A DNA stretch of 64,000 bases from a virus, in the IMG/VR virus record IMGVR_UViG_3300047494_000107, positions 46,534 to 110,533 of that record; one strand, 5' to 3'. The notes beneath the pieces were generated by a model. The model searched no databases. It had not been told where the DNA came from and saw nothing but the letters and a program-made list of their open reading frames with translations. Position numbers and translations under genes: made by a program. Below are positions 19,056 to 27,265 of the stretch, piece after piece (position 1 is the stretch's first letter; every line of letters starts with the position of its first letter).

Positions 19056-21555
19056 TCACAGTGGCCTCAAGGGCTGCGGCCGCACCTGATCCGCAAGGGC
19101 GGATATTCGCGCGCGTCGATCCGCTAATATTCTTTGCACGCGAGGGCTGGCCGTGTTGAGCGTCGTCTTGAACTCCACCTTTGCCGCCAGTTCGCGCAAA
19201 GCCTCGGCCACGAAGCGCCGGTCATCGCCAGAAACTGTGATCGTCACATCGTCAGGGTCCGACTCGCTCATCCCCCACCCCTCCGCTGTTCAATCCGCCC
19301 GCATGGTGCCCAATCCGCTAGATCGGCCCAGGCGTTGGCAATGTCGGCCGGGGTTCCTGTCGGGCTAGCGTCGCCATGAAACCATATGCCGTGCGCCGCC
19401 ACGACGTTCATGAGAAGCCGCTGGCGCTCGCTTATGGCCGGCTCTTGGGACTTGTCAGTCATCGCGGGAACCCTGCCGCTACAACTAGACGGACGCTAGC
19501 CATTCGTGACCACGGCCAGCGGAACCTATGCCGACCTGTGCAAGACCATGCGCGCCGCTCATCACGGTCTTTGACCCAGATCCAAAGACGGCCGATTGTC
19601 GAATCAGCCATTGCGCAACTCCCATGCCGCACCCACTTGTTCCGGCGTCATTGCCGTCGATGACACCACAATCGCGTATGCATCCTGCCCGGTATCGGCA
19701 TCATACAGGCGAGGTGCATTTCGGCCGTCGAATACACGCTGGATCGCCTCATCCAGATCAGCGGCATCGACCTGCTCTTTCCAGTCTCTGAACAAGACTT
19801 CGTACTTGGGAAGTTTTGTCGCCTCACTCATCCCCCGCCCTCCTTCGCTCAATCCACACCCGCAGTTCCCGCGCCGCATGCAGCAACTCCGAACTCCAGC
19901 GCCTAGGCACGCCGCTCCATTCCGTGAACGGGCCGGCAGGTCGCCACCACACGCCGGGCAGGCGCTCCCACAGGTCGAAGCCTCGCACGGTCAAAGGCGC
20001 ATCCATGCCGGCGCACCATACCTGGATCATCTTGGGGCCGTAGGGTAGTTGGCTCATGCAGGAGCGCCAGTCGTCGCCGACGGGAAATGGGGTGCTTTCG
20101 AAGGTGAGGGAGGCGTTAGGCATGCTTAACCGACCCCGCGCCCATTAATTCAGTGATCTCATTGAAGCACAGAACGGCGGCAAACCCCTCGTCCGTTCCA
20201 AGCCTGTCGGCGATTTCCTCACACGCGGCCAACGAAGCGGCCAGAACGCCCCGCAGCCTCTGTATCTCCCCCGCGCATTCCCCCAACGTCGCCGAGCGCA
20301 GCCGACCCGCGCCGTCCGGTCGCCACCAGAGGTTGCCGTAGAATTCGTCGGTGGGGGTTGGATCAGATTGGGTTTGGTCCGTCGTGCCGGCGACCACAGC
20401 AAAACCGCATCGCTCAAGGGCCGCCAGAACCTCGGTCGCCACACGCCGCGCATCGCTGTTGCCGTCGCCGCACACGCATTCGATTTCCCGTGCGATGATT
20501 GAGATCGGCGTCGATTCAGGCATGCGGATTCACCTTCTGCATGGCCGCAACCACGGCAAGCGTCACCGCTTTGACGCCGCGCGTAACCGGCCAGAGACTG
20601 GGATTGCCCGCAAGTTCGTCGCCAGGGTCGGCCTCGTTCGCCGCCTGATCAAAAATTTGCACAAGGTCCTGCAACGCCAAGCCGGGGGCAATCGCTTTAC
20701 ACGACAACACCATTCCGGCGTGCTCCGTGGTGAGGGTTCCGAAGTCCGGGGCTGTGGATTCAGGCAGTTCGGTCATGTCAGCTTACCTAGCAGGACGCGA
20801 GCCAATATCTGGTGCGGTTTGTCTGCCCACCAATCAGCGTAGATGCTTTCCGTTCCGTCGAGCGGACCGAATGCGAGCTTTTCAACTTCGCGTCTATCCA
20901 GCGCGTCTGCCGACTTCATAGCGATTGCCCGCTCAAGGGTGGCGAGATCATCCTTTGATCGGCGTGGGTTTATTTCGCAGCCGCTTTGGTCCAGCGCGCG
21001 GCGCAATGTGGCCGTCTTGCGTTCAGCTATCGCGGCGGCCTCGGTCACGGCGGAGTAGCCGGTCGATTCAGGCATGGACGCGCGCCTCCCGTATGTTGTC
21101 GAGAACCAACCGGCGCGCATACTCCGCATTGAGGCAATAGCAGTCCGTCACCCACCCTCGCCGGGTCCACTTTTGGACCTCGGCGGGGCCGACGCGCCAA
21201 GCCCCGGATGGCGTGCCGCATTCATCGTCCAACGTCACGCCGCAGAACGGGCATTCGTCGGTGTCGGGGTCGAGGCCGATGCAGGGTGGTTCTGTTGATT
21301 CAGGTTCCCCACTCACCGCCGCACCCCCAACGCTTCCTTCATCCACCCGACCCCATGCAGGAACCAAGCTTGGCCAGGCGTGCAATTCGGCATGATCGCC
21401 CGCGCGGCCGCGATGACCTCCACGGGCACGACGATTTGGGCGGTTTCCTCGAACTGATACCACCCGTTCGGCCCGAAGCCACCGCCGCCTCGTTTGAGGG
21501 TGATGGTGCGTTCAGGCTCGGTCAGGTCGCAGGGGGCGATCAGTTCGTCCGTCAC
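19056..21555 (-). other. Run of small translationally coupled hypothetical genes (19056-19271, 19268-19462, 19604-19831, 19824-20123, 20116-20523, 20516-20776, 20773-21075, 21068-21316, 21313-21555)
   Basis: Consecutive minus-strand ORFs with 4-8 nt start/stop overlaps. Confidence 0.6.
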
Positions 21556-21728
21556 CGCCGCACCTTCTTCGCTTCCGCCCGCAGCCCCGACTGGATTAAC
21601 CGCCGCAGCGTCTCCATCTCTGAGCCGATCTGCTCGGACAGCCGGAACTCAGCGACGCTCGCCCACAGACTCTCTGGCAGGGTCACGCTCTTTCGGATCA
21701 TAGGCTCGGGCGGCTTCGGCTTGCTCAT
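21552..21728 (-). CDS. Ribbon-helix-helix type regulator
   Basis: IRKSVTLPESLWASVAEFR...SEMETLRRLIQSGL; preceded by TTGCAT-17-TACCAA. Confidence 0.65.
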   Translation of the reverse strand: MSKPKPPEPMIRKSVTLPESLWASVAEFRLSEQIGSEMETLRRLIQSGLRAEAKKVRR

Positions 21729-21827
21729 GCCTCTTGGTAGCAGGATGCAGCGCACCATGCAAGCGCGACAGTGGTGAGATTGGTGTTGCGCGGCGGCGGG
21801 GGATGTGCTGTAAGTTGCGAACAGAAT

Positions 21828-22964
21828 ATGGAGGACGGGATGAGCGACTATCGGATCACCTACGATACGCTGCTAGGTGGCTACTCAATTGAGCGGCTAG
21901 CGACTGGCAAGCGAGGATATCGCGGCTGGCTCAGGATCAGCAACCACCGCACCTATGACGATGCCAAGGCCGCTTTCACCGCATTCACCTAACCCTTGAT
22001 CGAGGTAGCCATGAGCCAGGAGGATTACGACGTAGGCTACGAAGAAGGTCGCGCCTCCCGCCAATGGGAAATCGACCTAACCGCCGAGGACACGATGCCG
22101 TCCGGACACACCGACGACCGCGCTATGACGCCATATCGGGCCGCGCTGCTTGCGCGCCTTCCGGTGGCGCGGATCGCGCTGGAGACACAAGAGCGGCGGC
22201 AGCTAAACGAAATGGTGCGCTTCGGCTGGGTCGAAGATGACGGCACCGTTTACCGCCGCGTTGAACAATCAACCTGATCGCCGGAGGACCGAACGATGCC
22301 TTACGCCACACACAGCCTCGAACGCACAAGTCCCAAAGGCCGGGGGCAAAAATTCCTCGGTCGCTGCATTCGATGCGGCATGACAGACTTGCCAGCCAGC
22401 GCCGCGTTTGATCCGTGCGAGAATCATGCGCGGGTGAGCGACGATGAGGCGTTGTTGCTAGCCATCCGTGGCCCTTCAACCTAATCCAGGAGCCTGCCCC
22501 GTGGTGGACTGGCGTGCGCGATTGCAGGAATTTCGGGGTAAATTCAACCTCTGGCACCGCGCTGTTTGCGAATGGCGCCGAGGTCAAATCCGCGTCTGGC
22601 CGCTCAACCCCAGCGACGACTTTTCGGGCGAATTGCCGAAAGCCTACAAGGGCACGCCGGTCGTCTGGAACAATCTGGGCGTTTCGAAACCACCCAAGCC
22701 ACCAGCCAATTGGTCGCCGCCGCCCGGCTGGGTGCCTTTCGACAAACGCAAATCAACCTAACCCCCATGGCCCGATGCGCCCGCTGCGACGCCCCCGAAA
22801 GCCAATGGCGCATCCACCCATGCCCAGCGTGCGGCTATCCAGGCCCCGACACACGCCCGCCAGAGCGCGTCACGCAGGACGAAGCTGACCGGCATGCGCG
22901 GATTTGGGGCGACGAACATGTCTATGCGCCGGGGGCGGATGGGTGTGTGGTTTGTGGGTGGTGA
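21828..22964 (+). other. Divergent cluster of small hypothetical genes (incl. 21828-21992, 22011-22277, 22296-22484, 22468-22761)
   Basis: GGAGG/GAGG RBSs, co-oriented short ORFs ending at a terminator. Confidence 0.5.
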
Positions 22965-22976
22965 GGGTGGAGACGC

Positions 22977-23008
22977 AAAAGGACCGCCCGGTTTCCCGAG
23001 CGGTCCTT
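22977..23008. terminator. Intrinsic terminator between convergent units
   Basis: AAGGACCGCCCGG-tttc-CCGAGCGGTCCTT hairpin with a T-run on the minus strand. Confidence 0.8.
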
Positions 23009-23031
23009 CATAAAATTTGTCCCAGCGTCAA

Positions 23032-23289
23032 TCACCAATGGGTCAGCGGTGCCCGCACGGTGACTGCCCAAGGCGTGGTGGCTGGGGCGGTTTGCAGAAC
23101 AATCCCGACGCTCACTTTCGTTACCCAGACACCCTTATACTGAATGACAACACCAGGAGAGACCTTCGAAAATTGTGCTCCTGTGTTTTGCAGCACAACA
23201 CCAGGAGAGACCTTCGAAATCTCCGCCTGCTGTGCCATTGCGATGCTCGGAAGAAACAACATCAGCCCAGCGACAATCCAACGGATCAC
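23032..23289 (-). CDS. Small exported protein with three (S/T)KVSxG(V/I)V(L/I)Q repeats
   Basis: Signal peptide MIRWIVAGLMLFLPSIAMA; near-identical DNA repeat ACAACACCAGGAGAGACCTTCGAAA twice. Confidence 0.75.
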   Translation of the reverse strand: MIRWIVAGLMLFLPSIAMAQQAEISKVSPGVVLQNTGAQFSKVSPGVVIQYKGVWVTKVSVGIVLQTAPATTPWAVTVRAPLTHW

Positions 23290-24392
23290 GGGATCGTCTC
23301 CACCCCAAAGTCAACGCCGGCAGCGGTCAAATCAGACGGCAACCATGCAACGCCAGTGTTGGGATTTGTCGCCTGAATATAGCTGCTGAAGTTCGAGAAG
23401 CTATTCGTCGGAGCATAGCTGCTGCTGAGATAGTCCGTGCCGCCGACCCGCGTATCGAACTCGAAGTGCTGAGGACCAGACGAACCAACCAATGCCTGAG
23501 CGCTCATCGCTACGCCAAGCACGCTATAACTGCCGCTGGGTAGCGTGTTGTAGATGGCGCAGTTGTGCAGAACGTTGTTCGATGCGCTGTAGGCGTAGTT
23601 AGCTTGGTTCAGCGTCGAAGCATTCCAAATCGACGAGCAGACGTTCGTGCCACTCAAGCCGGTGCTATTGCCATTTGCGTTTGTGTAGGCCGTGAAGACG
23701 CCCATGGCGCGCGTGTCGGTGGTGGCGACGATGACTTCGGACCAGAGACCTAAGTTAGTTTGGGGCACTGCGAACTCGACCTGGTTAAGCGTCGTAGCTC
23801 CATCGCCATTCGTGACGTTACCAGTATAGTCACAGACTTGTGTGCTGTTACTATAAAGAGTAACTTCCCCGCTTGATCCGTAGTTCACATACATGTCGAA
23901 TTGATCAAGCGACGCAGGGATCGCGGATGAACATGTGACAAGGTCGGTAAATGTGCCCCCTGATGTGCGGGATGATATCTTTACCTGGCCATTCGTTCCG
24001 GTGCCTCGCACAATTAATGTCGGGTTTCCGCTGCTATCGTTAATTCGCAACATCTGATAGTTGGACGCCGTCGTGGTTATGCAAGTATTTGAGTTATCGG
24101 TGCAATACTGCCCGTGAATCCAAATAGTAGAATTTCCTGCGAAAGTAGACGTTTGAAACCTGTTCACAGGCGGATCAGAGGCGGAAGTATCGGAAACGTC
24201 ATACGAGCCACGGGACCAGGCTGAGCGGTAAAGCCCAGATGGCGCAGTAAATCCACACGTGCCACCACTCAAGCACGTAAAGTCCGAGTCCTCTTTACCC
24301 ACGAACAATAGCGTCGCTTGCGCCGAGTGCGCTGCACCCAGCATCAGCCCAATCAGCACCAATAGCGGGAAAAGCCGACGAATGAAGTTCAT
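23286..24392 (-). CDS. Exported beta-rich protein resembling a phage virion protein
   Basis: Signal peptide ending AQA; 8 Cys; C-terminal TNPNTGVAWLPSDL. Confidence 0.75.
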   Translation of the reverse strand: MNFIRRLFPLLVLIGLMLGAAHSAQATLLFVGKEDSDFTCLSGGTCGFTAPSGLYRSAWSRGSYDVSDTSASDPPVNRFQTSTFAGNSTIWIHGQYCTDNSNTCITTTASNYQMLRINDSSGNPTLIVRGTGTNGQVKISSRTSGGTFTDLVTCSSAIPASLDQFDMYVNYGSSGEVTLYSNSTQVCDYTGNVTNGDGATTLNQVEFAVPQTNLGLWSEVIVATTDTRAMGVFTAYTNANGNSTGLSGTNVCSSIWNASTLNQANYAYSASNNVLHNCAIYNTLPSGSYSVLGVAMSAQALVGSSGPQHFEFDTRVGGTDYLSSSYAPTNSFSNFSSYIQATNPNTGVAWLPSDLTAAGVDFGVETIP

Positions 24393-24997
24393 GAACCATC
24401 TCCAATAAAGACATAAGCTGCGGCTGAGCCGTTATTCGATATGACCGTCGCACCAATGATTGATTTCGACCCATAGGTGCCCGTGAAGCTGTGTGGCGAA
24501 GTCAGCGTGGCCCCCGAGCCGGCCGACAGAGTGACCTTGGCGGTGCCGCCCTGGATCATCCCGATGTTACACCCGGCCGCTAGGCTGTTAGGTAATGTGA
24601 CGGTTACAGCGCTGTTGGAGCTGAAGTTGATCAAGGTGCCGCAGTCAGAGGCTGCTAGCGTATACGTGGTGCCGCTCTGCGTCGAAACTGCGCCGTAGAC
24701 GGCACCGAACGTCTGTGGACCCGTCCAAGTGTTGGTGCCCGCGAGAGAGACGCCGCCCGTGCTGCATGTCATAGTTCCACTCGAAATTGTACACCCCGAC
24801 AGATTAAGAGGCGTTGCTGCTCCAGCTCCGCCTGTGCCTCCATATATTTGAGACGTTGTGCCGGACGGAATAGCCGACGTAATCGCGCTGGAAAGTTGCC
24901 CCGATGTCACCCCCGGCGGCGGGATAGGTCCGCCAGCAAACGCCTGCGAAACCCCGAGCAGTGCGCACAGCCAAAGTGCGACAAATTTTACCATCAC
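24389..24997 (-). CDS. Exported protein with tail-fibre-tip-like domain
   Basis: Signal peptide ending AFA; LAGTNTWTGPQTF and QSGTTYTLAASDCG...AVTVTLP...YVFIGD. Confidence 0.75.
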   Translation of the reverse strand: MMVKFVALWLCALLGVSQAFAGGPIPPPGVTSGQLSSAITSAIPSGTTSQIYGGTGGAGAATPLNLSGCTISSGTMTCSTGGVSLAGTNTWTGPQTFGAVYGAVSTQSGTTYTLAASDCGTLINFSSNSAVTVTLPNSLAAGCNIGMIQGGTAKVTLSAGSGATLTSPHSFTGTYGSKSIIGATVISNNGSAAAYVFIGDGS

Positions 24998-25602
24998 TGG
25001 AACGCCTCGCCGGCCAGCGTCGCGGACGCTGAGACCATGATGCAGTTAATCGCCGCATTCCCAACCGTGGGGTAATCCCACTCATAGCCGCCGCCCGGCT
25101 GTATGCGGACGCCGTAATTGAGAACAGCCGACGCACCGTCAGAGCGGCACCAAGCGTCGTTGCCGCTGCCCGCAGTTGCGAGGCTGTAAATGACGACGCG
25201 CGCCCGCGTGCCGGTCGAGGCGGCCACGACGGGGGTTGCGGACGTCGAAGCGGAGACCGAAAAAGCGGACGTGGTCGCCGCCACAGGGGGTGCCGCAGCG
25301 GTGATATGGGACGGAACACCCCCGTCAGAATTGAGCGTATAAGGCCAAAAGTTGCCGGTTGGCGGGGTCACAAACCAAGGCGAAGAAGACGACCCCTGAG
25401 CCCCTTGGGTGACCGTACCGCCCCCTCCGCCCCCGTTTAGGTTGTAGACCACAGACGCCCTGGAGCAGTCCGACAGCAAGACCTGGTTGAGTGGTACCCC
25501 GGCAGGACAACCTGTCACCGCATTGCCGGGCGTCTGAGCACGGGCGCCTGTGGCGCCCCAGACCCCGCAAATGAGAAACACTAAAGCAAGCAGAATCCGC
25601 AT
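24994..25602 (-). CDS. Exported beta-rich protein
   Basis: GGAGG RBS; signal peptide MRILLALVFLICGVWGATGARA; 4 Cys in the mature part. Confidence 0.75.
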   Translation of the reverse strand: MRILLALVFLICGVWGATGARAQTPGNAVTGCPAGVPLNQVLLSDCSRASVVYNLNGGGGGGTVTQGAQGSSSSPWFVTPPTGNFWPYTLNSDGGVPSHITAAAPPVAATTSAFSVSASTSATPVVAASTGTRARVVIYSLATAGSGNDAWCRSDGASAVLNYGVRIQPGGGYEWDYPTVGNAAINCIMVSASATLAGEAFQ

Positions 25603-25729
25603 GACCGCCTCCAAGGAGGCAGCATTTTAAGACGTCTCAGTCTTTAGACGGCAGGGTTGCTGTCTGCCTTCAGGTCGACAAGTATGTTCTTATAGTCACA
25701 AGGTAGCAACACGGCGTTAAGCGGTCTAA

Positions 25730-25916
25730 AATCCTTTCAACTCGTACTCCGCCTATTGAGCTTTTTGACCGCCTAGAGGTGCAAAAAGTTGAAAGGATTG
25801 GCGTATATACGCGGCTGTCGTCGCATTACAAAACCGCTGCACTACCGCTGTGCTAACCCGGCGGACTGTTGTTTTCGATATATTTTATGGCGGCTCTAAC
25901 CGCTAATTTCAACTCG
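25730..25916. promoter_or_regulatory. attP region with candidate integrase arm-type sites
   Basis: 13-bp inverted repeat AATCCTTTCAACT (25730-25742) / AGTTGAAAGGATT (25787-25799); TTTCAACTCG at 25735 and 25907, on either side of the core; palindrome GCGTATATACGC at 25801-25812. Confidence 0.7.
25826..25862 (-). other. attP core: 5' half of tRNA-Thr(UGU), 37 nt
   Basis: GCCGGGT-TA-GCAC-AGCGGTA-GTGC-A-GCGGT-TTTGTAA gives acceptor 5' strand, D arm and anticodon loop (TGT); tRNA similarity then stops; 46 bp from integrase stop. Confidence 0.85.
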
Positions 25917-27006
25917 CTTTCTGGGCCACTTTCGACTCATGCCGCTTGCCCGACCTCAGTTTACGCATCGCACCCTCAGCAAACGTCCGGTCAGGTCTGA
26001 CGTATACCGACAGCACATTTCGGCTTTTGTGGCCGGTTATCGCCCTGATTTGGTCCTCCGAACACCCTGCAGCCCCGAGCGCCGTGGCCAGAGTGCGCCG
26101 CAAATCACGAAACTGCAGATCGTCCGGCAGCCCTGCCAGCGCTCTTAGGCCGGCAAATCGGTGTTGAAAGTCACTTTCAGCGTAGGGTCGCCCCGTGGCC
26201 TCGGAGACGACGATAGGGCCATTTTCGACTCGCGGGGTTGTCTCCAGCAGCCGGCGGAGTTCAGGGAGCGCCGGCACCCAGACTGCGGCGCCCGTCTTCT
26301 CCTGGCGCAGCAAGACAGCCTTCCCGTCATACGCCGCCCAGGACAGCTTGCGGAGGTCGGCCGGGCGTTGGCCCAGGCACCAGCCCAGCATCACGGCCAA
26401 GGCCATGCTTGGGCGGCCAGCTTCAACGGCCTTGGCGCAGAAAACGTCGCGCTCATTGATCGTCCAGACCCGTGAGCGACTATCCGGCACGGACACCATC
26501 ATCTTGAGCGCCGGGTTCTTGTCAATCCAACCCTCGTCGACCCCAAAACTCAACAGGCGGCGCAGAGCGGCAATCGCGTTACGGGCGGCGGATTCACCGC
26601 GATCGGCTTTCAGACCCCGGTACCAGTTCTTAACCATTTTACGCTCAAGCAGGGCTACAGAAGATTCACCCGCAGCGTCTAGCGCCGGCTTGATGTTGTA
26701 GAGGTAGTCGCGCTGAGTTCGCGGAGCCATGTCGACCATGAACTCCTCGTCGGCCTGGAACAGGTCGTGAAGAGCCAGTAGGCTATCCGACCGGTAAGAT
26801 GGACCTGTCTTGGGTTCTTGCTTACGGCGCCACTGATCCAATTCCGCGTTCAGGCGCTCAGCTGCGACGATGGCCTGTATGCGGTCGTCGGGGAGACGAC
26901 GAGGGATGAACCCGGCGGCGAGGAGTTTTGGAGTCGGTTGCCAATACCAGAGCGTACGGCCTTTAAGGGGCCGCTTTACCAGATACCGGACGCCGATGTC
27001 CCGCAC
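25909..27006 (-). CDS. int: Tyrosine integrase
   Basis: GQRPADL (R), QEKTG (K), FRDLRRT, ITGH, SVY catalytic residues. Confidence 0.95.
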   Translation of the reverse strand: MRDIGVRYLVKRPLKGRTLWYWQPTPKLLAAGFIPRRLPDDRIQAIVAAERLNAELDQWRRKQEPKTGPSYRSDSLLALHDLFQADEEFMVDMAPRTQRDYLYNIKPALDAAGESSVALLERKMVKNWYRGLKADRGESAARNAIAALRRLLSFGVDEGWIDKNPALKMMVSVPDSRSRVWTINERDVFCAKAVEAGRPSMALAVMLGWCLGQRPADLRKLSWAAYDGKAVLLRQEKTGAAVWVPALPELRRLLETTPRVENGPIVVSEATGRPYAESDFQHRFAGLRALAGLPDDLQFRDLRRTLATALGAAGCSEDQIRAITGHKSRNVLSVYVRPDRTFAEGAMRKLRSGKRHESKVAQKAS

Positions 27007-27265
27007 TCATCCGCTCCATCAAGATCGCTCGCTCATCTTCGCGCGGGTCGCCAGCGCCGACAACCTGCCATCGCCGCCGCACCCACGCCTCGACGGCCTC
27101 GACGGCGTAGAGCCCATAGAACGGGTCGGGCTTGGGGAAGTCAGGGGGCAGGTTGGCCTGCACCCATAGGACGGGGCGGCGAAACACCCGATCGGCCACC
27201 TCGCTGATCGTCATCGTCAGCGGTGTCCAATCGTACCGCTTGTGCCGTGGAGCGCGGGTCATCAC
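26963..27265 (-). CDS. Excisionase-like protein
   Basis: MTISEVA...DFPKPD...YAVEAVEAW AlpA/Xis-like pattern directly upstream of int. Confidence 0.6.
   Translation of the reverse strand: MMTRAPRHKRYDWTPLTMTISEVADRVFRRPVLWVQANLPPDFPKPDPFYGLYAVEAVEAWVRRRWQVVGAGDPREDERAILMERMSAGHRRPVSGKAAP

Noticed and set aside
25790-25862. Functional tRNA-Thr gene
   Set aside because: No 3' anticodon stem, T arm or acceptor 3' strand follows the anticodon loop
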